Shown here: in pieces, positions 12,271-25,400 of the stretch
How positions within the stretch are numbered: the stretch's first letter is position 1
How the letters are laid out: each line of letters opens with the position of its first letter
NCBI RefSeq assembly: GCF_036588685.1
Contig: NC_086373.1
Span: forward strand, 28,892,001 to 28,956,000
Length of the DNA stretch: 64,000 nucleotides
Source: Mytilus trossulus
Lineage: Eukaryota
Reading direction: 5' to 3'
Position numbers and translations under genes: made by a program
The notes under the pieces: model-generated
Told to the model about the DNA's origin: nothing
The model's database searches: none
Seen by the model: only the letters and a program-made list of their open reading frames with translations

Positions 12271-14479
12271 TTATCAAAATCATAAGCAAGTATTTATACA
12301 GAATTGAATATACAAGTAAAGACATAACAAATAACAATTAAATTGAGTGATATTGTTCACTGACAAATATTAAACTATTTTTAGAACTTGAAGAATAGAT
12401 ATTAAATGATAATCTGATTATGACAATTAAGAACATACATTATGAATAAGGTAAAATGTCGCTTATTAGCTAACAGATTGAAACATGTCACTCAATGTCC
12501 AAACTAAGAATTAAATTGCATATCAAAGCATGTTGAGTTTAAGTCCTGGATACGAAATGTAAATAGAAATGAAATTATAAAATATAATGAATAATAAAAC
12601 ACAGATAATTAATGTCTAAAATATCAAAATTGAGAATTAAATATTAAAGTCCTAAATATTAAATTGCGGACAAAGAATTTTTCAGCGGTTAGGGAATATG
12701 TGACAGCGGAAATTCACGTTTCACTTCTTGTTTCAGATTTTCATGTTTTATTGTATATATTTATATGTTTTAATAAAGATTCTTATTTTCATGATTTTTA
12801 TAATAAAAGTTCATTTCTAAGTTTTATAACTTTACAGATATCTGATTTCACATGGAAAAATATAGTTTCGTAACTTTTAATCTTCATAGCATTGTTTGGT
12901 AAAATTAAGTTACATAAAGAATTTACAAGTCAATTAACAAAGACTTTTTCACAAAAGATAGCCAATAAAGGATTACATAATTTAGTACAATTTCCTTCTC
13001 AATAATTTAGTTAATCCGTCCTTAGTGACATATGTGAGTCACATGATTCACAGCGTTACCTTAAGTAACCTCGAGGTACCCCACAGGATTATTTAATGTT
13101 TTTCCTTTGTTAATCAAAAGAAATTCCCCTAGTTAACCTCGCCTGGAAACCAAGCTTGATACCTGGACAAGCGTTTCTGGTCACTTGCATTCGTGACCAG
13201 CAAAGAATAAACATCTATTTTTATACAAGCTTGTTCTTATTCCAGTATTCTAAGTTCCAGTTCAGTGCAGTTCCAGCACACGTTCATACAAGCAGTACAC
13301 GGTCACTCACACTACATAAACAAACACCAGCAAGTCCAGTAACTCTGTATTACCCTACCCAAACAAAGTTCACACACATATTGGAAGCTGAAATCATCTC
13401 TTTTGTCGTAAAGTTTCGTTCTCAACCGACCATATTGCCAGGTTCTAGATGTAAGTAAAGATATGAGGCTTTATAGTATCTGGTGTATCCTTTTGTCTCA
13501 AGTTCGATGTGGCAAATACATGCAATATAGTCACCAAATTCTGAATTATTGAGTGAGAGGACAACATCTATATGTAGCAGAACATGAAGTAAACGGATAA
13601 TGCTAACGTGTGTTCATTCTTACCAAGAAGCTCCTGAATGACATAAGCCATATATGAATAAAGCACTATCGACAATAATGATCTATAACTACTATTTAAG
13701 GTGAAGTAATTAAAAAAAAATTACGGATTCTAAAAGGAAAATATGGCATGTAACGTATTGTCTGTGGCATGCCTTCATCGAAATTTTACCCATTTTTATC
13801 TTTTACTGCAAAACCAGCTTTTTAATTGGGACAAAACTTGACAGGTATATTCTTTGAGAAATCAATGTTTTTATTGTTCATCCCCAATTTAAAATGGCTC
13901 CCTCCGCAAAACGTATTTTTTCACCATAAAACCCTACGAAAAATGTATAATACATGTAGCTTTTTTTCGATAATTTTCTCGTACACTACAATGAAATATT
14001 GTACAATTGAAAATGAACTATGTGATTTTTTTTGTTACCAATTCGAAATTGGAAATGACAAAATAATTGAACCAATAAAAAAAAGCTTCTCGCAAACTGC
14101 AGTACACAAAAATGTATTGAGGGTGTTCTTCTATTAATGCTTTGTTGCCTATTAGTATTTGAAAGAAAAGACGTCGTCCACTGTAATTTACATATCATAA
14201 TTATGCTGATCTAGTTCCATCATCAGGTGGACTCCTCAATTTTCGGCTATTTCAGCGCTATTCCACAATCTCCAGTGGTGCGCCGGCTCAGGTGATTCGT
14301 CAGAACCGGAAACTGGATGGCTTCCATTGCTCGCAATATGTCAGCTGATTTAACTGCTGCATAGTCACTGATTGATGTTTTCCTCAGAGCTGTTATCAAG
14401 TCTTTTCTATTATTAGTCCATTATTTACACTAAATGTCTTAATTCACATACATTGTGTCTCTGATTGCCACTTTTACGG

Positions 14480-14920
14480 ATATAATGTCTCTTCCTTCAT
14501 ATCCACTGTGATGACACTTCTGCTTGTCTACATACTTCGGAAATAAGCTTCTCTCTCTCTGCTCCTACCACTGAGGTCATGAGAGCTTGTCATACTGTTT
14601 GTCCTGCAAAGCCCCTGCACTTTACTTCAACCACAAAGCACCACGTCCTCCCTCTCCTTTGTCGGCAATCCTATACAAGTTTTTGGTATTTTGCCATCTA
14701 CCCTTTATTGCGCCTCAGTCATTCTTTTGTCCCAAGGGACTGTCAGCTCCAGCAAGATTGTCTGCCTAGTTCCCTGTGACCATATTACCGTATATGTTCT
14801 TAGCGATGTTGCTGCTCTTTCTGCTGGAAAGCTCATACTTTACTGAATATCTGCAGTAAATTGCCAGTCTTTTGCTTTTGCAAGGATCACAAGGCCTTCA
14901 GGTGTGTTGTCCTTGCTATT
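14480..14920 (-). pseudogene. HERO/NeSL-type non-LTR retrotransposon C-terminal restriction-like endonuclease fragment
   Basis: DWQFTAD...SLRTYTVIWSQGTRQTILLELTVPWDKRMTEAQ...TWCFVVEVKCRGF...AEVSSQWI*RKR matches the RLE signature RPD..W..ELTVPW..EVG.RGF. Confidence 0.75.
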
Positions 14921-14929
14921 GGAATGACT

Positions 14930-15086
14930 TTTGTATTTTGATGTTTACTTACAATTCTGCTGATGGTTGAATGGTCGTGGCCCACGTGCAAGCGTCGGGC
15001 AGTCTGTCTTAACGACATTCCAGCTTTTCGAATGCCAATATTTTGCCATCTAACATACTAGTAGTAGAAAGTTGAGGAGGACCCAT
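14930..15086 (-). pseudogene. Tc1/mariner transposase N-terminal HTH fragment
   Basis: MGPPQLST/RWQNIGIRKAGMSLRQTARRL..HDHSTISRIVSKHQ is a paired-like HTH of Tc1 transposases. Confidence 0.6.
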
Positions 15087-15411
15087 TTCATCAACTATTG
15101 ATAAGTTTTTCACAAACAAACTATAACATACAGCATTCATTTTGACCCGTATCTTAAACTTGACTTTTTAAAGTGTTACGTGACGGCCACGCAAGGACAG
15201 TTAAAGGGGAAATGCATGGGTGCAAAAAAAATGAATCGAAGGTCAATAAGTAGGAAAGGTGTACTCTATCAGATAAATAAAAATAAAAAAAATAAAAAAA
15301 TCACGTTAATGTCAATACGTTATTTATTTTTTATTTTATAATTCTCCTATCTGGTCATTTGTTTTAGTACTGGTCTATTGTTTGTAAGGGTTTAGGGTAT
15401 GGGCTGGCTTT

Positions 15412-15770
15412 TAAGAATTGAATGCTTCTTTTTGTAAATTTATTGGGTGGTAAAAGCGTTGACCGAAGTACATTTTGTATGAAGCGCGGAAGCGTTTCTT
15501 TCTAAAAATGTACGCACGGTCAACGCTTTTACAACCCTATAAAGTTTCAAAAAGAAGTATAATTTAATACTTATAATTACATTTTTTTTTAGCTAAAATC
15601 ATGAAAACACGATTTTTATTCAGTTTTATTTAATTCACATGTGCACTTTTTTATGGGACCTCGTGTCATCATGCATGATAATTGTTATTGTCTGATGCAA
15701 TTGTTTACGGAATAACATGTTAGCCAATCAGAATAACGTATTATAATAAAACTTACATCTAATGTAATTA
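15412..15770. mobile_element. Non-autonomous element with a terminal ~145-bp imperfect hairpin
   Basis: Palindrome ~15420-15563 (GTAAAAGCGTTGACCG / CGGTCAACGCTTTTAC) centred on GAAGCGCGGAAGCGTTTC. Confidence 0.55.
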
Positions 15771-16399
15771 CTGTGTTTTAAAAACTGGTGATATGTTTTT
15801 GCAACTGTCAATTCTATACTACAGGTCCACTGTGTTATAGACCAAAAGACACGAGGGAAACCTAAGATACATATCATTACAAATCTAATATCGAGGTATG
15901 ATAAAAAGCACACTTCCTTCCCACGGCTTATATTTAAATCGAAAATATTCTTACTGAAAGGTAAGCTAAAAAGTGTTATCGACAAAAAGATCCATTTGGG
16001 ATAAACAAAAGAAGATCTACATCATAGATTACAAATTGGGGCCTGAGAGTACCGATCACTTACCCTCATTTATTTTAAAAGTTTACTTCTACAACATTTT
16101 GATGCGGACATGATGCAAATTAAGGACAGTAATATCGAGTCGTCTGGATCAACCGATCCGGTTGAAAGGACTATGTAAGGTCTATACTATACGTGAAACA
16201 TATAGGGAACTGATTTAGCTGCACCTTATCCTTCTATATTTAAGTCCATCCGTCATTGCTTTAATTTGCACTTGTGAACAATCAAACCTATGTCTTGTTA
16301 TTTACCCAAAAAGCAGAGTTAATGACTACATGTGGAATGGTCTACACCACATTTCCAATATCGGTATCTGACATTACTGTCCAATGTGTTGAAATGATT

Positions 16400-16615
16400 T
16401 ATCATTGATATAGTCATCATTATAAATCAACTCAACATTTTTCGAAATGCTACGGATTTTCTACAACAGAAATATACTTTAGCTGAATTGACAATCCATT
16501 TTAGAATTTTGGATACTCAATGCTCTTCAACTTTACTTGGTCATTTTAAAACTTGATGATTTAAGAGTCACTAAAGAGTCTTCGTATACAGAAAGCGTGT
16601 CTAGCGTATCTATGA
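16400..16615 (+). mobile_element. Degenerate retrozyme-family fragment
   Basis: Similar to 48050-48310, with a decayed hammerhead core GTCACTAAAGAGTCTTCGTATACAGAAAGCGTGTCTAGCG. Confidence 0.5.
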
Positions 16616-16999
16616 TGATATAAAAAAAAAAAAAAAAAAAAAAAAAGACATACAGCTAATAAAAATATCATGCTGCCAAAACCCAATTATCAGTAAACAT
16701 TCAACATCCGATGAATTTAGTGTACAGACGTCACAAACTGCCAAAGAAAAACACCACCATGTGAAATGCCAGGATACAGGTCTCGACAGATTGTAAATCC
16801 ATGAATATGTATTTGTATTCAATAATAAAATTTAATTTGCTTTTTTTATTTACTGATACCAATAAAAACATTATTTAATGATCTAGTTCCAGTGTTGAAT
16901 TTGTAACCTTTTGAGAATAAGTTTAGTTAAATGATCGATAAGTTTACAAGGATCGTTTCTCAATTGGCGGGCTCGCTAAAAAAAGGAGGATGTACTAAC

Positions 17000-19248
17000 C
17001 CCTTTTATAATTTGGTCCAAAGTTGGGGTCGGACACCCTACCCCACCCTTACGGAAATGTGAATAAAAAATGTTCTACGGCAATAATTTTTTCTCTACTA
17101 GGTGCAATGTGAAGATGAATAGCTATTGTCTACTTGAGAAAAAATCCAGGGTGTTGTTCGCCTATTTTTTTTTATTTTTTTTTTATAATTTGGTCCAAAT
17201 TTGGGGTCGAACACTCTAACCAATTCTTACGGAAATGTAAATAAAAAATGTTCTACGGCAATACTTTTTTAGCCACTAGGTTTGGCTTAGATTTTTAAAA
17301 TTTGGTCCAAAGTTGGGGTCGGACACCCTACCCCACCCTTACGGAAATGTAAATAAAAAATGTTCTACGGCCATTCTTTTTTCGCCACTAAGTGCAATGT
17401 AAAGCTGAATAGCTAAGGTCTACTTGAGAAAAAATCCAGGGTGTTGTTCGGCTTCGATTTTTTTTAAATTTGGTCCAAAGTTGAGGTCGAACACTCTTCC
17501 CAACCCTTACGGAAATGTAAATAAAAAATGTTCTACGGCAAAACTTTTTTCGCCACTAGGTGCAATGTGAAGCTGAATAGCTAAGGTCTACTTGAGAAAA
17601 AATCCAGGGTGTTGGTCGCCTATTTTTTTTTATTTATTTTTTATAATTTGGTCCAAATTTGGGGTCGAACACTCTAACCAATTCTTACGGAAATGTAAAT
17701 AAAAAATGTTCTACGGCAATACTTTTTTAGCCACTAGGTTTGGCTTAGATTTTTAAAATTTGGTCCAAAGTTGGGGTCGGACACCCTACCCCACCCTTAC
17801 GGAAATGTAAATAAAAAATGTTCTACGGCCATTCTTTTTTCGCCACTAAGTGCAATGTAAAGCTGAATAGCTAAGGTCTACTTGAGAAAAAATCCAGGGT
17901 GTTGTTCGGCTTCGATTTTTTTTAAATTTGGTCCAAAGTTGAGGTCGAACACTCTTCCCAACCCTTACGGAAATGTCAATAAAAAATGTTCTACGGCAAA
18001 ACTTTTTTCGCCACTAGGTGCAATGTGAAGCTGAATAGCTAAGGTCTACTTGAGAAAAAATCCAGGGTGTTGGTCGGCTTAGATTGTTTTTAAATTTGGT
18101 CCAAAGTTGGGGTCGGACACCCTACACCACCCTTACGGAAATGTAAATAAAAAATGTTCTACGGCAATACTTTTTTTCGCCACTAGGTGCAATGTGAACC
18201 TGAATAGCTAAGGTCTACTTGAGAAAATATCCAGTGTGTTGTTCGGCTCAGATTTCTTTTTAATTTGGTCCATAGTTGGGGTCGGACACCATACCCCACC
18301 CTTACGGAAATGTGAATAAAAAATGTTCTACGGCAAAACTTTTTTCGCCACTAGGTGCAATGTGAAGCTGAATAGCTAAGGTCTACCTGAGAAAAAATCC
18401 AGGGTGTTGGTCGGCTTAGATTGTTTTAAAATTTGGTCCAAAGTTGGGGTCGGACACCCTACACCACCCTTACGGAAATGTAAATAAAAAATGTTCTACG
18501 GCAATACTTTTTTTGCCACTAGGTGCAATATGAAGCTGAATAGCAAAGGTCTACTTGAGAAAAAATCCAGGGTGTAGTTCGGCTTAGATTTTTAAATTTG
18601 GTCCAAAGTTGGGGTCGGACAACCTACCCCACCCTTACGGAAATGTAAATAAAAAATGTTCTACGGCAAAACTTTTTTCGCCACTAGGTGCAATGTGAAG
18701 CTGAATAGCTAATGTCGACTTGAGAAAAAATCCAGGGTGTTGGTCGGCTTAGATTTTTTTTAAATTTGGTCCAAAGTTGGGGTCGGACACTCTACCCCAC
18801 CCTTACGGAAATGTAAATAAAAAATGTTCTACGGCAATACTTTTTTTCGCCACTAGCTACAATGTGAAGCTGAATAGCTGATGTCTACTTGAGAAAAAAT
18901 CCAGGGTGTTGTTCGGCTTAGATTTTTTTTTTAATTTGGTCCATAGTTGGGGTCGGACACCCTACCCAACCCTTACGGAAATGTAAATAAAAAATGTTCT
19001 ACGGCAATACTTTTTTCGCCACTAGGTGCAATGTGAAGCTGAAAAGCTAAGGTCTACTTGAGAAAAATCCAGGGTGTTATTCGGCTTATATTTTTTTTTT
19101 TCAATTTGGTCCAAATTTGGGGTCGGACACCCTACTCACCCTTACGGAAATGTAAATAAAAAATGTTCTACGGCAATACTTTTTTCGACACTAGGTGCAA
19201 TGTGAAACTGAATAGCTAATGTCTTCTTGAGAAGAAATCCAGGGTGTT
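17000..19248. repeat. Tandem satellite, ~170-bp monomer, about 14 units
   Basis: TTGGTCCA(A/T)A anchors at about 17012, 17190, 17302, 17470, 17648, 17760, 17928, 18096, 18265, 18433, 18598, 18766, 18936 and 19106. Two monomers are deleted to ~112 bp. Confidence 0.95.
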
Positions 19249-19750
19249 CACTGCATGAAATGATGCATTTAATATAAAATTAAATGTATATATTATGCAT
19301 ATTAAATTTCAAATTACAAAAAATATTATGCATTTACTTCGCTGGAAAATTTCTAATTTATTATAGATTTAAACTAAATTTAATTTTGCAAATAAATTCC
19401 CAAATTTCAACCTAGTTTAAAGGTATTTTTAAATCTAAATAAATTTCAAATTTTAAAAATTTAAATATAGACTAAATTTGAATAAATTTGTAATTTAAAG
19501 AATTTTTTATATAAATTAAATTTGATTAAATTTCAGATTTACAGAATTTTTAATATAAATTAAATTTCAATAAATTTCAGATTTAAAGATCATTGAACGT
19601 AAATTAAATTTGAATACATTTCAAATTTAAATATGAACTAAATTTGAATAATTATGTAATTTAATTTCATGTAAATTCAAATAAATTTCTTGTTTATGAC
19701 TTATTTAAATTAGAACTTCCATCAAGTTTAATGCAATTTAAAGTCAATAT
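19249..19750 (+). mobile_element. CACTG terminus with AT-rich subterminal repeats (EnSpm/CACTA-like end)
   Basis: Starts CACTGCATGAAATGAT, followed by ~500 bp of TAAATTT-type repeats. It cuts off the satellite. Confidence 0.5.
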
Positions 19751-20992
19751 AATCCTGTATAACTGATGTACTTACAAAACAATAGTGTAAATGAAAAATT
19801 AAGAAAAAGAAGAATTTGTCCCTCTGCTTTTTTTTTTGGAAAAGGGATGTAGGGGATTTATTTTTACTTTAACCCAAATATCTGGTTTAGAAATATCTAA
19901 TTAAATAAATAACGAATATTAGGAAAAACAGGAAGTGTCAATGATTATAACTTTGTAGCTACTGAACAAATAAAATTGATCCTCCAACTTTTCTGATCCA
20001 TATTTACAAAGTATAAGACTTAAAAGGCATGGATTGCTGATCTGTATATTTACAATAGAATAATATTTGTGGTTTCATATGGCAATGTGCAAACGTATAA
20101 TTTGTCAGTAACATTGAAGACTGTTATTCATTTGCAAAGCTGGGGGTACCCTCAATTTACGGTTTTGGATAGTTACCTTAAAATCCAAAAAAAATATTTT
20201 TTGGTTAAATTTCCCGCTATTTTCGTAAATAATTTCTATGCACATAGCATCAAGGATTATCGGAATGATGAAGACATAAGTATAATACCATCTCCAAGTA
20301 AAACTTTCAAACTTTAAGTTGGCTGTTTTTTAGATAAAAAGTTAACGCGTTTTTCTTTGAAAACGAGAAAAAATATGATTCAAAAACAGTATTAGACATT
20401 TAAGAGGACAAAACATATTTTTGCGATACTGCATGCACATTTTTTTGGGGCAAATTCCAAATAATTTTGTCAAAAACTCAAAAATAAAAACATCATTTGT
20501 GCATTCAAGTTTTAATTACGGAAATTTCCTATCCGTCAATCAGCTCCACCATTTATTTTTTCTATCACAATCAATTTGATAGTTTCGATATGATTATGTT
20601 GATTTTGTAGGAGAAGTTAATCTATTTTTGAGTGTTTTTAATATATATAGTAGTTCTTTCGTGTATTTTCTGTAAAAAAGTTATATTTTTGTTAATAAAA
20701 TTTTGACTTTTCATAAAAGTTAACCAAATCCTTCAGATAAGAGTTTTTTTTCGGATAATGACTATAGTTGATATTGTGTGCAAATACCTTGTATGTCAAT
20801 GTTTAACCTCAGAGCAATTAATATGCATGCAAGTGGTCTGGGGAAAAGTACTATTGAAGTTTTGCAGATATTTGGTGTGTGACAAGGTGATGCTAAAACC
20901 AACTTTTCTTGATATTTTGCTTTCCTGGGGCGAATGATCAGTGATGTTATGAGACTTGCACCAGAAGGCGAAATTGGTACGTCTTTAAATTA

Positions 20993-21390
20993 GATTGATT
21001 GATTGGTTGCTGGTTGCTTAACGTCCAGTGGAAATATTTCATGCATGTTCAGGACGAGAACAAGTTAACACTAAAAACAATATGTAGATTTTGTCATAAT
21101 AGAGGTCATTCGGGATGATGGTCGGGAAAATTTAGACTGCCACTAGAAAATGATTGTATATTGGATTGGGACATAATTTGCCATTGTAACAGACTACCTA
21201 CGGACCCCTCAAAGAGTTGTTGCAAGGGTTTTTAACGTGCAGAGAACGTGACACTTAACGTCCCCATTCTGACTGAACGTGACTGCGAACTTGATACATC
21301 CCGCACAGCCAAACGGACGTCCCACTTCGTTTTACTACCGGTCGGGAGAAGACCAAGTGACCATATTTCGTTTCCCCAGTCACCCTTGGT
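20993..21390 (-). mobile_element. SINE-like repeat with (CAAT)n 3' tail
   Basis: The GATTGATTGATTGG tail marks the 3' end on the minus strand. Internal GCACGTTAAAAACCC is a box conserved in SINEs. Confidence 0.45.
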
Positions 21391-23667
21391 GAAATCCATA
21401 TATGTGATCAAACTGATTGACATGCATCTTCACAACCTAACACTTTTATACGATCTCGCGCTTAGTTTCTTCCTTGTAGTTTTTGTGGAAAAGAAAAACC
21501 ATTAAAAAAAAACCAGAAAACTACACAAAACCGAGTCATCTGTCTAAACGTGTTGACAGTCTTTTAAGTTAGGCTTATTAATGTGAGTAATCATTTATCC
21601 ATGCATAACCAAGTACTAGTTGAAGTCAACACCTGTGCAATTAAGTAAAACAGTAACTGAAAAATTAGAATTCGAACTTGCCGCGTTTCAGTTCATTAAT
21701 AACGATTGTTATTAATGTGATTTGTTCTTCCATATAAGAAATAGCCTTTCTCATGTAGCTTGACCCAATACATATACCGAACACTTTTACCCAAGATTGT
21801 CGCGGATGCTTACAAACTCCAGAACTAACTAGATAGTGCGACACCTTACAATTCAGACACAGTGGGGCCAAGGGATATGAAGTATAGAGTTTAGCTCTGA
21901 ACTCAATATAGGGGATGCCATATCAGCTGCAGGAAAATCATAATCTATGTTAAGACTTTCAGAAATACACCAACGTGTGTCTCAAAATATCAAGGATACA
22001 TTAAAAGAAGAACAACTAATTCACCCTGCAATCAGTGCTCTTATGAGCTATGTCCTCATTTTGGTATTTCTATGGAAATGATGCCCGCATAGCTTCTTAA
22101 TAGATATAATAAATAAGATGTGGTATGAGTGCCAATGATACAACACACCATCCAAGTCACAATTTATAAAAGTAAACCACCATAGGTCACGGTCCGAGTT
22201 TCAACATGGAGCCTATGCTCAAAAGTTCATTTGTTAGTTTATTGATGAAAAATAACACAAAGGCGCTTCTGAACCGTATATTGTCCCTAAAGATAACAAA
22301 AATTCGTAAATGTATGGCTATTACAAACTCAATCGTTTCTGTAGCAACGTTCGCCCAATTACATTTGGGATTGGCAGTGCAGATATATCATGCATATGCA
22401 TATGGAAATATGGGTCACGAACATTGATCGAAACTTTGTACTCGCATTGCTTTTGTGTTTCCTATGCAAAGGTAAGACTATATCTGACGAGTTTGACAGA
22501 ATCATGACGGTATTTACGCTCTAAATAGCATTTGTACTCAAAAACTGTGTTTGCTTTGAACAAACTCTGTCCTGCGCCGAACTTGTTCTTACAAAAAAAG
22601 GGAGGTGCCTTGTAATGCTTGTACGCGTACTGAATCCGCATACAGTGATGACTTAGAGATTGATTCATGTCCCTATTTAGTGAATACTTGAGCTACTGTG
22701 TGTCGCTTTTAAAAGTTATATAAGGATCATCACTGATTTTGAATTACAACATTAGAAAATTGGCATAGCATTTAACTTTTTTTACCAGGATTATCCCACT
22801 AAAAAAATGTTCATGCACCAAACTGACTTTGTTTTAGACTCAATTTTTTTAAACCTCGCATTTGCCTCGCGTGACTAAAGTATATTTTGTGTTTTAACTG
22901 CTCTGTTTAGACTTTACAAATACACAATATGTATTTATCTATAAGTAGATATTATTTTTTACAAAATACATAACCTGTCAGATGCCAAATTAAAAACACT
23001 GTTTCAGCGCTTGAATTTTGTTTTTTTCAAAGATAGAAAAATATTGAAATAATTTGATAAACTGGTGTTTTATAGTTTAGAAAATAATTCTGTAATATAC
23101 TCTAGTGAAACACTATACACAATATGAAAGTTTATGGATGTGAAAAGGACAAGGCCACTCCTCCTTTAGCTATATCTTAAATGGAAAAAAAATCAGAAGG
23201 TTCCAAATTAACGCCATTTTGTTATGGCAGCTCTTCATATAAGTAGTATCATTTGTCGTTTTAACATCGTTTATAGCATATGCTTAGTTGTTTTTGTAGC
23301 ATTCTATTGAATAAATATCAGAATATTTCTCCTTTTTGTCCCTGTGTTTGAAATATTGATATTTTTAGGTCTGACCTTTGACCTCAATTTCACAAAATTG
23401 TGACCACTCTGTATTTTTACGACCCAACTTTTCTTATTGTACACGTTTTTTTCTTTCCATCGATATATAATTAAGGTGTGTGTTCTTCCGGACCATTAAA
23501 GTTTTAAAAAATGACCTCTGGTTGCAGTACTATTAAGCTTTTCCAATCTAATTAAAATTTAAAAAAAAATGCCTTTTAACCAATCTATGCATGTACCGGA
23601 TCGGCAACTTTATTTATTTAATCAGAAAATCTCTACAATGCCATTATAAACATGTTATGGCTAGGAG

Positions 23668-23698
<31 letters not shown>

Positions 23699-24402
23699 GA
23701 AGGAAATAGCCTTGCTTCAAGATAACTATTTTCCTGTATCACGTGGAGCTTGAATTAGAATAAATACTAAGTATCGAAAAAGTTACTACAATTCGAAACA
23801 CAAAGTCCGAAGGCACATATCAGAAAAAGAAGGCTCCTTTTGGCAAAGGCTGCCGAGGTAATCCTTTCTATGTTAAAAATATACATGAAATGTTTGACAC
23901 TTCGATCCCTTGTCTGTTCTATGAATTCACACCCTGAGTTAACTATCCCTAACATGCTAAGAAAATTCAGGTGAACCACCTACGGCACCCATTAATAGTT
24001 AACGATTGTATTTCTTTCAAATAGTTATTGTATGACCTGTATGTACGTGTCGCTTAAAACACGGCCATATACCAAATGGTCAATGTAAAAACAAAGATTT
24101 GGTATGAATGCCAATGAGACAACTCTCCACACTAAGTGACCAAAATGACACATAAATTACCAACGATAGGTCATCTTACGGCCTTCAACAATGAGCACAG
24201 CCCATACTGCAATTCATCTATAAAACAATTAAAACGAATTAACTAAGGCCTTATTAGTAATAAAATAAATAAATGAAAAACAAATATGTAACACACCAAC
24301 AAGCGACAACCAATGAATTACAGGCTCCTGAATTAAAACAGACACATTATTATATATACAGAATATACGACGCGGTTAGACATGTTAGCGCGGGGATCTC
24401 AA

Positions 24403-24870
24403 GGTGTCAGACCACCAATTAAAAATCCCTATCTGTTCAACCAAATTTTGCAATTTTCACAGCTTTCTAAATATTTTACCTTAAGTTTAACTTGAAGGAA
24501 ACCAGGTATATCCTGAATTGTACATGTATCACCTTCCTACATGCCAATTTTCAACCAATGTTTAAAGTCTTGTAACAAATTTCTGATTTTGAAAAGACAG
24601 GTACTACCAAAATAACTCCCGGTTTTCTGGAAATCTTAAATTAGTGTACTATGTAGCGCATTAATCCTGAATTTTTAATGCAAACTCATAGACAAGTGAA
24701 TTTTGGCTCAAAATTGTCTAAATATATTTCCCTTTCACCAAAAGTTTCATTTCTGCAAATTGGTTAGTTAGTTTAAGTAAACAATGACATCAAAAGCACT
24801 ATTTTGTGTCAAAGTAGGACTACTTTTACATACGTTCTAAATTGGAGGGAGTAATTAGTGGTCTGACACC
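24403..24870. mobile_element. 468-bp MITE with 4-bp TSD (Kolobok-like), inserted in a SINE
   Basis: TIRs GGTGTCAGACCAC and GTGGTCTGACACC. TSD TCAA at 24399-24402 and 24871-24874. Confidence 0.75.
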
Positions 24871-25309
24871 TCAACCCGCCCGTAAAAATATCCGCGTTCG
24901 GTTTTTTCCGACATTTTCCGTTATTGAGACTTTTACTACATCATCATATTGATAAAACCACTGAACATAAAGTTGAACGAACCGAGTATAATACAAATGC
25001 TTTTACTGAACATAATGACAATCAACATCAGGAGACAGTCATGGCGTTCCATAATATAAAACTAATCAAATGTTACTGTTTATTTTTAATGCGGTTAAAC
25101 CACAGTCGTAAATACATCAGCTATTTGTCAAACCAATTAAACTCTATTTATTCAATGTGGTATTTCCACTGAGGTTAGATATAGGAGCAATAAATCCAAT
25201 CATTTTGACATTTCCACCTCATTAACATTGAAAGGTTTGCATACATGAAACATTAGAAGAAATTCCATAGCATAGTGTCAGCATCCTTCAAGCGGGAACG
25301 ACAAATCAG

Positions 25310-25365
25310 TTTTTATACGACCGCAAATTTTGAAAAAATTTTCGTCGTATATTGCTATCACGTTG

Positions 25366-25400
<35 letters not shown>

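Noticed and set aside
13000-13460. Possible LTR end and primer-binding site on the minus strand
   Set aside because: No second LTR and no convincing tRNA-complementary PBS could be identified.
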